Shown here piece after piece: positions 38,801-51,004 of a stretch of DNA of 64,000 nt (positions are counted from its first letter, which is position 1; each line of letters starts with the position of its first letter). This stretch comes from Rhynchobatus australiae (taxonomy: Eukaryota), in contig JAUZTB010000086.1 in the NCBI GenBank assembly GCA_034780895.1, positions 3,286,525 through 3,350,524 of the forward strand, read 5' to 3'. The notes under the pieces were generated by a model. The model made no database searches. It was given only the letters and a program-made list of their open reading frames with translations, and was not told the origin of the DNA. A program made the position numbers and the translations under genes.

Positions 38801-41800
38801 GCTACACAACAGAATTTATCACTTTAGGAATTCAGAATTATTTAATCTCACAACAAAGTGGCATTTGTGAATGCTCTTGATACAGGATGAAGATGGAAAG
38901 AGGAGGCTATTTAATTCCTGCTTGTTCCACCATTCAAGTTTCCAAATTTTTGCCAGCCTAGTTTCACTCCTGAAAGGAAAACAAATAAAAATGTAAATGC
39001 TGGAATCTGAAACAAAAATAAAACTGCTGGAAAAACTCAGTCATGTAGCATCTGTGGAAAGAGAAACCAGTTTTGGGTCAGGGTCTGGTACCCTTCTTCA
39101 GAACTCCTCACAGGGCTAGTTCTAATTTTAAGACTCTACCCTCTTTTGACCTAGATTGTCTCAACCAGCAGATAATACAGGGCTGCTTCTGCATTGTAAA
39201 ACTGACTTGAGTTCATAAGTGTTATGCATGACATTCTGTTTAAACCTTTTCAATTGACCCCAAATACTCCACAGGGATTCCACTGCATCTTCAATGGGAG
39301 GTGGTCAATTTATGAATTTCCCAGTTATGGTCCATGAACCTACGAACACTACCTTGTTATTCCTCTTTTGCACTATTTATTTTCGTTACTTGTAGTAACT
39401 TTTGTCTTTTTGTCTTGCACTGTTCTGCTGCCCCAAAACAGCAAAATCACACGGCAGTGATAATAAACCTGATTCTGTATATAAAGAAAAATTCATCTCG
39501 TGGGGATCGTTTTTCCCCCAATGTGGCAATAGTTTGATTAAAAGTAATTACTTGCAAGTACAAATAAAACTCTTCAGTGATAATTGTGAACACTGAAACA
39601 GATTTTTAAGCCATATTACTTATTCTAATATTGGATGGAGGCCCCACATGCCAACAGTGTTTAAAGGGATTAAGTTCTACCATTGTATCCTAGTCCTAGC
39701 TAGTACTTGCCTCTTTTCCATGAAACTGAAAAGCGAGGTTGGCCTCCAACCAGTATTGGTCCTTAATCTAAAGCTGAGAGGTTAGTTTCCAACTCACTTC
39801 CTTATTACTCTTGCAGGCAGATTGTGGTTGTGTTTTTGTGATAAAGCAGCCATGTTTCTAGCATAAATTTACATTANNNNNNNNNNNNNNNNNNNNNNNN
39901 NNNNNNNNNNNNNNNNNNNNNNNNNNNNNNNNNNNNNNNNNNNNNNNNNNNNNNNNNNNNNNNNNNNNNNNNNNNNNNNNNNNNNNNNNNNNNNNNNNNN
40001 NNNNNNNNNNNNNNNNNNNCCTGTCTCTTGGTTGCAAAGTACAAATACATGCCTACAGCTGTCTTTCACTAAAAACGTTTTCCTATCATGTATATACCTA
40101 TAATCTGCTGCCTCTTTTCTGTTTCAGCATTTAAAACTTTGCCACTCTTGTTTTAGACTTCCCAGCAATCCTTTTAGCTACCTCCACTTTTTGGTCAGAA
40201 GATTTTATGTTCTGTTGTATTTTATCTTATTCTTACACAAATATGGGGCAGAATGCCTAAGTGGGGGAAAGCATATTTTTTAAAAAAAACTTGATTTGAC
40301 CTACATGAGAGGTCAAGATTCCCAAAGTCAAAAGGTATGTTTTCAAAGAATTTGAACTTTACATTCAGTTGGAGATGCATCCAATGTGTAATTTGAGGTC
40401 TCTATTAGAAGGCACTGGCAGGGAATTTGATGTCCAGGTATCCAGGATCAGGAACCCATGATTTTAGTAATTTGGTAATCAACATCAGTGAAAAATCACT
40501 GGTCAAATTTTGGCTTAAATTTTCTGTGATGATATGCTTGTAAGGTAACTATTTCTGGTGCTTTTAAGTATGTTTAAAGATAAAACTCAAGCCATAGATT
40601 ATAAATGCATAATCAAAATACTGTAGATGCTGAAAATCTGAAATAAATCAATGCTAGAAATACTCAGTAATCTGGGGTGTAGCAAGCTTCCTGGTTAAAG
40701 AAATGGGTATGAATGTGGAGATGACAAAGAGTTCATCTTCACCTCTGCCTTAAATTAATATGATACTGAATTTGGACAAAACCTTTTTGCCTCATAAGTG
40801 ATGGGTGTGAGACTCGGTATCATGGGTATTTTTGATAAAGAGATGATTTAAAAGGAAGCTGTACAGATACATGAGGAGCATAAATATTGGCTTTTTCGTC
40901 AGTTGAATCATTTTTTTAAGTTGTGTGTAATTTTACATTTCACTACTCACAATTAGCTGCATTTAGTCCTTTTTGTTTGATTAGTAGGATCAAAACTTCT
41001 AGTATCCATCTTGTCTGATTTAATGTTTTAAGAGCAGAAAAGCAGCCAGGAGTTTTTTGGTGGCTATGAAGTGAATTCTCCTGGAATTGAGTCCAAAGAA
41101 GATGCAGATTTGGTTTAGTTGGAACGCAGCGGCTGCTTGCTTTTCTTCAACTGCACCAAGAGATTACTTACTCTCAAGTGACCACTTGAGAGATCATTTG
41201 GAGAGTGACTACCATTCATTTCTGTTTAATAGACAGTGCCTTCATGGCTAGAGAATGAACAGAGATGGTTTTATTTTTGCAACAATGACATTTGTATGTA
41301 AGATTTGATTGTGCAGTGAGGTGTCAAAAAGCAAAAAGTCAATGTCAGTCAGTATAAGGAAACCCAAATTAGAAATAGAGATAGGAGTGAAATACCATAG
41401 TTTTCCTCTTATCTTGGATCATAGAAGGATGACCTTAGATTTTCTCTTTGTTAATTTTCATCTGCCATAACTCTGCCTTTTTTTATTTTTTTTTGCTAAT
41501 CCACTTTTTGAATTCTTTTGGAAGCCCAGATAGATAACATCCAGTAACATACTCCATTATCCTTTTGGCTCTCTGTTGTTTCAAGGCTCAGTTACCCTGT
41601 CCCTCTAATTGCTGGCCCACATTCCAAACACCAGTCATATGGAGGTTTGTAATGTGTATCTTGATCTTGCATTTCAAAGCAAGTTTAATGATTAATTGCT
41701 AAAATACTGAACAAAGTTGAAGTTTCTATTTTTACAGATTACCTGCTGGTTGATTAAATGAGGCTGTTTGCTGTTGCACTGATACATTGAAGTACTTCAT

Positions 41801-41950
41801 GGGCATGTTAAAAGTGGATGTAATGAAAATAGCAAAAAATATTTGGAATTCTGTGCCTTGATTGACCTTGACTGTTTTGATTGAGTTCACCAGGTCATTA
41901 ATTATTTTTGTTTTGTTTCAGGAGTTGAGAGTCTGACCTTTTGACGGAAG

Positions 41951-43320
41951 ATGGATGGCCACATTGAACAAAACCCAGTGGACAAGCAAGCACCTGTGGA
42001 CTACGGAGTCCAAATAAGATTCATAGATGACCTCCAGGGCAACAATAAAATCAAGAAACCCAAGAAGAATTTGGCCAAATCAGGTTCCTATGGTGTTGTG
42101 GTGAGAGTCCAGGGGATTTCTGGACAGCCATTTGTGGTATTGAATAACAGTGATGGAGCACCTACAGCACCTGGGGCATCAGGCCGAATGGATTATATTA
42201 AAGGTGGTATCCATGAAGAGAACAGCGAGGCTATACCTGGCACACAGATGCAGAGAACACGCACAAATGCAACTGAGTTTGAAGTGCCAGAAAACCCTTA
42301 TGGAGACACTGTCTCAGTGCAGCCACATTCTCGCAGTGATTCCCAGTGTACTAGCTCTGATGAGGAGACTGGATCCAAATGTTATGCAAAAGTTTATGAT
42401 TCAAAAATATATGTGCAAAATAACACAAACTCCCTTCCATACTCAGATGATGAGGGCCACATGTCTTTGCCGCGTAGGAAGCCTTTGCCCCACAAGGAGC
42501 ACCTGAGGAAGTTTCATTCTCATGGATCATTGCTCATTTCCGATGAATTAGAGTTTTCCAAAGAACCTGGACCAAACTACCAGTTTTTGCCTGAAGAGAA
42601 ACCAGGCTTTAGGACCCCAAGCCCTGCTCCTTCGGCTAACAGTGAGAGATCAGTTAGCAGTCTGAAAGGAAAAAGTCATGGAAACTCAAATCTTAGGCAC
42701 CTAGAAAAACCATGGCCTAATACTGTATTTAATTCCACAAATATGTCGAAGCCAGTGGCTAAAGCTTCCTCTGTTACTGATATTTCGTTGGAGTCCAATG
42801 ATGTTAATGCAATAGACACCAAGCCTCTTTCTTCTGTGGATACCCTCATTAGTAAATTTGATGGCAAAGGAGGGCAACGTACAGGAAGAACAGTCCGGCG
42901 TAATCGGATTTCTCCTGAAGACCGCAGGCGATCGCAGAGCCTTGATAGAGAGTCATACCCCTCCAGCACTGGGCTACAGTTGAAGAGAGAAGTTGAGACT
43001 TACAATAGGTCTGAGACCAGCACTGGCCAAAAGCCTTTTAGATCCAGTGACATAATGGATGTTGGTAAAGACATCAAACCTGCTAGGATCTTTGAGACAA
43101 AGACTTCAGCAGNNNNNNNNNNCAATTCACATCTCAATCTTCTAGTGCAGATAAAGGATATACCACAGGATTTCAGAACAAACCTGATAAGGAATCGGGG
43201 CGCTATCCTACTTTCAATACATCCAGTGTCCCCAGGAAATGGAACCAGAAACAAATGGAAATGGAACCCATAGTGGAGAAGAATCAAAAGGCTGCAGTCT
43301 TTGCTGAGCAGGATATAGAG
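41951..43320 (+). CDS. CGN: Cingulin, first coding exon (globular head); exon starts at 41922 with 29 nt of 5' UTR
   Basis: Acceptor ttttgtttcag|G (AG 41920-41921), in-frame TGA at 41942, then a strong Kozak AAGATGG. Translation has cingulin motifs PVDYGVQIRFI, SYGVVVRVQGISGQPFVVLN (ZO-1 interaction motif, 42086-42145), ENPY, IDTKPLSSVDTLISKFD and RRSQSLD. After the 10-N gap (43113-43122) the open frame restarts at 43123 (QFTSQSS...AEQDIE) and ends at a phase-0 donor GAG|GTAGGG (43320/43321). Confidence 0.93.
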
Positions 43321-44349
43321 GTAGGGGAAATTTGCAAGAAAAGGTGTATGTATTCCTTTTCTTTAACCTATATTGTAGAGAATTTATGATTTTTAACAAT
43401 GCATCCAGTGAAAGTTGGCGTTGTTGCTTAGTTCAATGATTGTTTATGGCACAGTGTCTGACTGTTCTAATGGAATGATAAGATATTTAGTTGCAAGTGC
43501 TGGGTTAAAGTTCTGAGCCTCCAATTCTTCAAGTACATGGATGCTATTTCAAATGTATCCCTCATTCTCACTTGCATTTTGTCATGCTCCCTATGTGTAT
43601 ATTGTGCTGTCTTCCTCTGAGCCTGTGGCTTTATTTAAATTGGCCCTTTCATTTACTGAAAAACTGTGCTTTCTTATAGCATCATCTTGGCTTGTTTTAC
43701 TATAGAGCACCGGGAGACCAAGTAGTGTCCCCCATCAGAGAGTAAGTGGTTCCCCATCAGACACCAAATTATACACTACAAATTTCCACGTAGCAGTAAG
43801 ATGATCAGGTCATTTTTTTTCCCGATATTGGTTCAAAATATTGCAGTGGAATCTTTTTGAGAGAACAGATGGAGCCTTGATTTAGTACATATCGATAACT
43901 TTTGAATACATGTATTGCTCCAGTATCGCACTAGAGGTTGAAGCTAGATTGTATTGTCTTCCAAGAGTGGCAAAGACTTGCAGCTGAGACTTGCACAAGG
44001 TCACAAAAAATCAGCACCTTCTGAGCTATGACTAGTGAAGTATAAAATGTAATTTGGTTATAGTTCTCCAAAGTATTTATGGGTTTTAAACTATAAGTAT
44101 GCAGTTGTTATCAACTTCCCTGTTCCAAAGTTAATGTTTTACTCCCTACTTACTCTGTTTATCCAACTTCAAACCATTGGTGTGGTTTAGGGGGAAGTAT
44201 CAGAGTCAACTTTGCCCTTTCACACCCTGCTTTCATTGTATAGCTTCATTCCACATTCCTATAACAGCCAAAAATTTCAACTGCTGACAGTCACACAAAT
44301 TACTCAGAATTGCAATTGTTGGAATTGGTCAGGGACAATTTGTGGTTCT

Positions 44350-44850
44350 GAAGGAAATGGATGATATTTGATTGGCTGACGCAAAGAAGTCATGCTGAAG
44401 ATGTACAAGACACTAGGAAGCCATGGCTAGAGTGCTGTGTATAGTTCAGTCGCTATTGTAAGAAAGGGAGAGTGTACAGAGGGGATTTGTGAGGAATTTG
44501 CTAGCGCTGGGGAATGCTAGATATAAGGAGAGACCAGTTAGGTTGGCGTTGTTTACTTTGGAACGGAGATTGAGGGGAGTTTTAATTAAGGTGTACAATT
44601 ATGAAATTGAATAAAAAGGGCATATCTTCAGACAAACAAGTTAATAATTGGAGCACATAAAATCAAGTTAAATGGTGTAAGAACTGGAAGCAGATTGAAC
44701 ACTGTTTAGTTCACTCAACAAGAAATGAGAGTGTGGAATTCACTGCTTGAAAGATGGAGCCAGAAGTCCTTGCCGCATTTTAAAATGTGCCTAGATGATC
44801 ATCTGTAGAGCCAGACTGTACACCAACAGCTGGAAAATGGTATTAATCTA
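44350..44850 (+). mobile_element. Degenerate CR1 3' fragment
   Basis: tgtacaagacacta...ctagagtgctgtgtatagttc...ggagagtgtacagaggggattt...gtgtggaattcactgc. Confidence 0.65.
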
Positions 44851-45537
44851 AATTCAAAGAAATGCAATCCTGGTTTATATTGTCTCATTTTGTAATTTAA
44901 TTTTTAAAGTTCAGGCTTGATTATGATAAATTTTGTGCTGCACTTCCTCAAGGGCAGTCTGCTCCTCCCAAGGAGGATACCCAGACTGTTCACAGCACTC
45001 CACATGTGGTCCAGCCAGGGTTTTGTTTCAATGTAGCAAAACTTCTGTCTCCTTGTATGCCAGTCCTTTAGATGTGAGAGCCATAATTCTATTAGCCTTG
45101 GGTATTCCTAGGTCTGGGATGGCATTGATTCATTCAGTGTACCCCATCCTCAGAAGGCCCCTCCATCAGCAGTCCTCCATCTCTGCTAGATCCTGTGGCG
45201 TATGTATGAAATTGGTCAATTAATGGCTAATTAATGCACTGCTAAGTGTTTTTGGGGTAGAAGGTGGGATGACTTGGGCATTTTTCTTTTTACTTAATTT
45301 TTCAGTAATGGTAATGTTTGAAATCCTAAATGCAAGATTCAATCACAAAGAATACCTGTAAAATCCTCTTTTACTTGAAAGTGAGTGTTCACAGAGATAT
45401 TGAAAATGGTACATTATTGACTCCATAGCCATTTGAGGGTTAGGCCATATGTAAAATCTTGTAAGATTACTGTGGTTAATCATGTAAAGTCAGGAGATAA
45501 GTCATACCTGTAATACATGTATATTTTTCAGTACTTG

Positions 45538-46425
45538 TATTACATACCAGTAACAATAGAAACACAACGAGCCAAGTATGCGTTAGAAACTATTTTATTA
45601 ATAATTACTTGTAATAATAAGAAAAGTGAAAATGTTAGATATTAAACATTGACCCCAAAAATCTAAACTCGAAGTGTGCATGTGGCAAATTCCCAAACCC
45701 CAAGTCTAGGAATAGTTCTCAAAGTTCAGTTGAGCAAGTCATAAGATAGAACGTGAGCAAAGGCTTTTGCGAAAAACCACAGTTGATTGGAGAGAAAATG
45801 TAGAGAGAATGTAGAGGAAATTTATGAAATCCACACATTCCATTGATGGAATCCATACGACACCTCAATCATCGAAGATCTCCATTGCTTTGTTCTGAAG
45901 TATCTGCCACCCTGAGGGCATTTGATACTTGGCCACCCACAGAAATACCTGCTTTCCAGTACAGGTTAATGACAAAGTGGACTCCACCTGATTGCTCCAA
46001 AAATCTATACGTGGATTGCAGTGCCAGACACAGCTATTGTTCTTCTTCCATCAATACAGAGACCAGCATTCAGTTCCCCACCCCCTCCTCCTCCCCCACC
46101 ACCCCCCTCTCTCCTCTTACTNNNNNNNNNNNNNNNNNNNNNNNNNNNNNNNNNNNNNNNNNNNNNNNNNNNNNNNNNNNNNNNNNNNNNNNNNNNNNNN
46201 NNNNNNNNNNNNNNNNNNNNNAGCATTCAGTTCCCCACCCCCTCCTCCTCCCCCCCCACCCCCCTCTCTCCTCTTACTACCCCCCGACACTCTGCAAAAC
46301 CTCCAGCATGCTCCAGCTATAGTCTTGCCATCTTGCAGATAACATGACACACACACGCACATTACTACTCTACTGTCTGTGTGCCTTAAAGGGACATTCA
46401 CCAAGTAGCAACCTGGCTCGTAACA
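45538..46425 (-). mobile_element. Solo-LTR-like element (copy 2, same family, inverted); 4-bp TSD CTTG
   Basis: Reverse complement aligns to 12399-13080 (e.g. gccaggttgctact and gaatgctggtctctgtat). CTTG at 45534-45537 and 46426-46429. Contains a 100-N gap. Confidence 0.8.
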
Positions 46426-47557
46426 CTTGTTTCTTGATACACAATCTTTCTTATTCCCTTCTCCTTCACTAAGTTTCTCATATTATCCTTGCAGTCACAA
46501 CATCCTCCCTGCCTTACAATCCACTCCTCACCTTTCTCCTACCATCTGAACTTCTCAAAGTGACTGGGTTGAAACTTTTCAATGTAATGGACTATTGGTG
46601 GGCTTCAGCTGCAGATGGCAGCACAGATGAGATAATAGTTTCCTTGCACATGTGTCTGTGGCTTTCAGCTTCAATGACTGGGTAAATCACACACAAAGAA
46701 ACCCACCTTTCCTTGGTTCAAAGGTGCAGGGGTTCTTTGCATTGGATGTTATGACATAAGTTAACTCAATAAACATTGGAAAATGCTTTCTATTCCAGCT
46801 ATCTCAATAACTGAAATGTATACATCATTTGATGAAAGGACTTTTCTTTCTTGAATATTTTGTATATATTTCACTTCCTCTCTATTTATTAGTTCCATGC
46901 TGTAGTTACTATTTCAGAGAAAAGACTTGCATCTCTATAGCACCTTTTCACAACCATTGGATGTCCCCCAACTCTTTGTAGCCAGGTTTGTGCTTCTGAA
47001 GTTTAATCTGTCTTGTGATGTAGCAGCCAATTTGTGTGCAGCAAGCTTCCACAAGCAGTAATCTGATCACCAGATACTCGGTGTTCAGTGATGTTCATTT
47101 GAGGAATAAATGTTGGTCAAGACATTCTGCTAAACTCTGATGTAGTACCATAGGATCTTTCACTTGGTTTAATGTCTCATTTGGAACCTCCAGCTGCCTT
47201 ACTATTGTATTGCACTGGATTGTAGGCCTGGATTTTTGTGTTCAAGTCTTTGCAATGGAACTTGAACTCCAAACTTCTCACTCAGAGGCAAGAGTATTTT
47301 AATCTGCACCTGACCATAGATGAAAACAGCCTTTTACTACAATAAGATAACGTGTCCAAATCCTTCACTTGCTTCATAAGATTGAGGGACTATAGTTACG
47401 AGGAAATTGATAAAGAGACAATTTTTACATATTTATCTTTGTATCTGTATTTATTGAATATCCTGTTCCATAATTTTAAGGATTGTGGTTCAGTTTGTGG
47501 AAATGTGAATGCGCAGAGTCTTGAATTATCTTTTTAAATTCTTATTTGTTTTCACAG

Positions 47558-47655
47558 TTAAAGTGCACTCCTGACCTTTTGAAGGACCAGAAAGCACATT
47601 CTCCTGCCAGCGAGGAGCTTACAAAGCAGTTAATATTCAGCCTACTAAAGGAAGG
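47558..47655 (+). CDS. CGN: Cingulin coding exon 2 (LKCTPDLLKDQKAHSPASEELTKQLIFSLLKEG)
   Basis: Acceptor ttgttttcacag|TTA, donor GG|gtaagt; 98 nt, phase 0 to 2. Resembles human CGN LKSTPDLLRDQ...IYGILREG. Confidence 0.95.
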
Positions 47656-48683
47656 GTAAGTTCCCAGTACCAGAAATGCAGGTTAGATCCATTGAGAATT
47701 GAGCTGATTAGTGGCCTTGAAGGGGTGGACATGGTGTTTTCACTTATGGACGTGAAACCAGCGGCTATCACTATAAGGCAGTCAACAGGAGAATTTAGGA
47801 GAAACATCAGTTATGAGAAACTTGAACTCCCACAGAGAGTGGTTGAGTTGATAGCATGGGTGCATTTATGGGGAAGTTGGATGAATGTATGAAAGAGAAG
47901 TTAAGAGGGTTGTGCTGATAGTGGGAAATGAGGAAGAAGGCTCAACTAGAGTATAAACATGGACATATTTCGACTGTGATCTGACTCTGTACATCTTGTG
48001 TAGTTCTGTGTAAAGGAAACAGGAAGGGCTATATTTTCCCTTCCTCTGTTTCCAGTGTTCTGAGTGTCTGACGATTCCATAATTCATGGCAATCTGACCC
48101 TTGCCGAATTCTCCTCGAGTGAATCTAAACTTCAGATCTCTACCCACATGCAGCAAATCAGTCTCCGGTTATAGAAACCACCCGAGTTTCATTTCTGTTG
48201 ATTTCTATGGCAGGTGAGCAGACAGCTTGCAACTAAGCACCAAGTCGAACATTGACCACTAAACTNNNNNNNNNNNNNNNNNNNNNNNNNNNNNNNNNNN
48301 NNNNNNNNNNNNNNNNNNNNNNCTTTGTAAATGTCAACATTTATGCTCCTCACAATAATAATGTCACCAAATATCATTCAAGTAATGCACTGTTTTATTT
48401 TTTCATGGTCTAGGCAGCAGTCTGTTGTAATTTCCCACCTGATGCCCCTGCTCAGGTTTTAGTGCAGTTGAGGATTAGGATTGTGCTTGAAAGAACTTTC
48501 TTTCCTCCCACCTAATGAGTTCTAAACTTTTTTGCTGGATGATAACTCTCTGATCCAGTGACAGTGCAGGTACACACATTCTCCCCATAACGTGTGGAAA
48601 AATTGAAAACCCTGCACACATCCCTGTTAAAGTTAAGTTTTTACTCGCATTGCCTGTTAAATTATTTTTCCNNNNNNNNNNAG

Positions 48684-48753
48684 GAGCATTGAAAGTGACG
48701 GTTTCTTGAAGAAGAAAGCAAACCTTGTATTTGACAAACTCCAAGGCACCAAA
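48684..48753 (+). CDS. CGN: Cingulin coding exon 3 (GSIESDGFLKKKANLVFDKLQGTK)
   Basis: AG at 48682-48683 directly after a 10-N gap, donor AAA|gtaagg; 70 nt, phase 2 to 0. Resembles human SSESETSVRRKVSLVLEKMQ. Confidence 0.9.
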
Positions 48754-50409
48754 GTAAGGGGCAGTGTGCATTTAGTCTCTCTTAATTTTTCTTGAATTAC
48801 AGTTAATTTTATAATATTGAAGGCCTCTGTCAGCCCCAATGATGTGACTCAACTGGACAGTTTCCATGGGACCAAGGCTGCATTTGCTCTTTCAAAAAAT
48901 ATGTAAGAAATCTCATGGCACTACTTTGAAGAGTTATCATGGTGTNNNNNNNNNNNNNNNNNNNNNNNNNNNNNNNNNNNNNNNNNNNNNNNNNNNNNNN
49001 NNNNNNNNNNNNNNNNNNNNNNNNNNNNNNNNNNNNNNNNNNNNNCAGGGGGGACTCGGAGAAAGTGGGAAGCCCACCATGCTGCGTCGGCTAATCAGGG
49101 ACCAGAGAACCACTCCACAGGGCTCCCCCTCCCCTGCTAGCACCTTCCTTGCCCCCCAGGAGGGCGGCCAATCCTCTGGGATTTTCCCCAACCCCCCACC
49201 TTCCCTCCATGAAGTCTCCAGGAAATCATCATTAATCCTATGGGCAACTCACTTGTCAGAGAAGTTCGAGAGGGCAGGAGAAACATGAGCAGAGTCCTCA
49301 ACCCCTCACCGTGCGGAGACTCCGTGAGGATTGGCGGATGATTCTGCGGGAGGGGGTGGGAAGGGATCAGATCGGTGTGAAAGGATGGGATATGATCGGA
49401 TCAACTGGATTGGGATGGAAATGGAACGAGTTGGCAGAGGATGAGATGGTTTTGGATGGGTTGGGGTTGGGAGTGGAAATTGAACAAATGTCCATCAGAG
49501 ACCGAATTGTAATCAGATTTCCCTGACTGCAGCATCTGTGGTTATAAGAACTTGATTCTCCCCATTTTAATAAATGGATAAAAGGAGCAACAGCAAAGCT
49601 CACCCATTCAGTTGCAATGTGACCCGAGCAGTGAATCTCCCATGAGCTTGATGCTTTGGAATCCCTGTTACATCACAGACACAGCTGATGAATCGTCTGC
49701 CATACAAAACTAGGCAACTCATCTGCCCTCTGTATGGCCTCTTCTGCTGATCTACTTGCTGCTGGTAGAGGGTATGAGCTGTGCTTCAGACCCTGAAGGT
49801 CCAGCATCCATCCCACTGCTGTGACCTGTGCTCATTCGTGTGGGAATGTTGCATTGTCTTTCAGATTAAATGTTAGACCAAGGCTGCATTTGCTCTTTCA
49901 AAAAATATGTAAGAAATCTCATGGCACTACTTTGAAGAGTTATCATGGTGTCCTAGCCATTATTCTAAGTCAACATCTAAAAGCTGTTTATTACCACATA
50001 GTTTCGTGCAAATTGCCTGCTCCATTTCCTATTCTGTAACAGTGAATGCACTTCAACTGTACTTCAGCAGTTGTCAAGGGTGAGGCCACAGAAGGCACTA
50101 TGCAAATCCAAGTGTGTATCCTTAGATCTGTGTTTAAATTATATTTCAGCTGTGATTTTAATGGGCCTGGTAAACTCTTCCCTCTTCTCTGTATCCTTGA
50201 TGTGTTGCATGATTTTCCTCTTGGGATCCTCTGTGGATTTGTGTTTTCCATTTTTCTTGCTGGTTAATAAAGAAGTTTTTGGCATATCCAAATTGCAGGC
50301 TTGTTTGTGATTCCCTATATGGTGGGGAGGGGGGAAACTAATTAGTTCTGAGTTTACAATATTATCCATTTTTATTTATTGAAATTAAGGATTATTCCAT
50401 ACATGTAGA

Positions 50410-50692
50410 GGGTAACAGAGTGGCACAGCAAGTAATTAGAACTGCTGCCTCGCATTTGACCTCAGTCGCTCACATTTTTGTGTGTCCTCCCTGTGACCAT
50501 GTGGATTTCCTCCAGGTGCTGCAAAGTAGTTGGTAGTTTAACTGGCCGTTTTAAATTGCCCCACTTGTGTAGATGGGTGGTAGAATCTTCAAGGAGTTGA
50601 TGGAAACGTGGTGAGAATAAAAATGGGCTCAGTGTAAATGGGTGCTTAATGATCAGTGTGGACTTGATGGGCCAAAGAATCTGTTTACATGC
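50410..50692 (+). mobile_element. V-SINE (HE1-like)
   Basis: Head gtggcacagc...actgctgcctc, V domain ctccctgtgaccatgtggatttcctccaggtgct, and an HER1-derived tail. Confidence 0.75.
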
Positions 50693-50902
50693 TGAAAGCA
50701 GGCTTGTGGACTTTGTCTTTCTCTATCTTTAACTCCCTGGAGTATAATCTTACTCAATTATTTTCTTTATTGATGATAGTGCTGTAATCATCACAAGCTG
50801 AGACACCTTATTCCATATACCACCACCATGATACAGCTTTGATAGTCTGTGATTTAGATCTTTGCTTCACCTAACTTGCTTGATTTTTGTTTCCACATTC
50901 AG

Positions 50903-51004
50903 TATGCAGAATTATCACCTGATCTTGGGAGTGTTGCTGTTCAGAAGAATGATTTGGAGAAGAAGGTAGTAGAATTGCAGCAAAAACTGGAAGAAGAATT
51001 AACA
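50903..51004 (+). CDS. CGN: Cingulin coding exon 4, start of coiled-coil rod (YAELSPDLGSVAVQKNDLEKKVVELQQKLEEELT)
   Basis: Acceptor tttccacattcag|TAT, donor ACA|gtaagc; 102 nt, phase 0 to 0. Resembles human ELTRKVEELQRKLDEEVK. Confidence 0.93.

Noticed and set aside
41720-41745. Possible alternative acceptor tttttacag|ATT about 185 nt upstream of the main acceptor
   Set aside because: No supporting evidence, and it would add upstream ATGs to the 5' UTR.
42676-43287. Antisense ORFs (97 and 95 aa) and an alternate-frame ORF within the CGN head exon
   Set aside because: Shadow ORFs of the real coding exon with no independent signals.
46064-46281. Duplicated poly-C/Pro-rich sequence on both sides of a 100-N gap
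   Set aside because: Unmerged contig overlap in a low-complexity tract inside the LTR; the poly-Pro and poly-Gly ORFs are artefacts.
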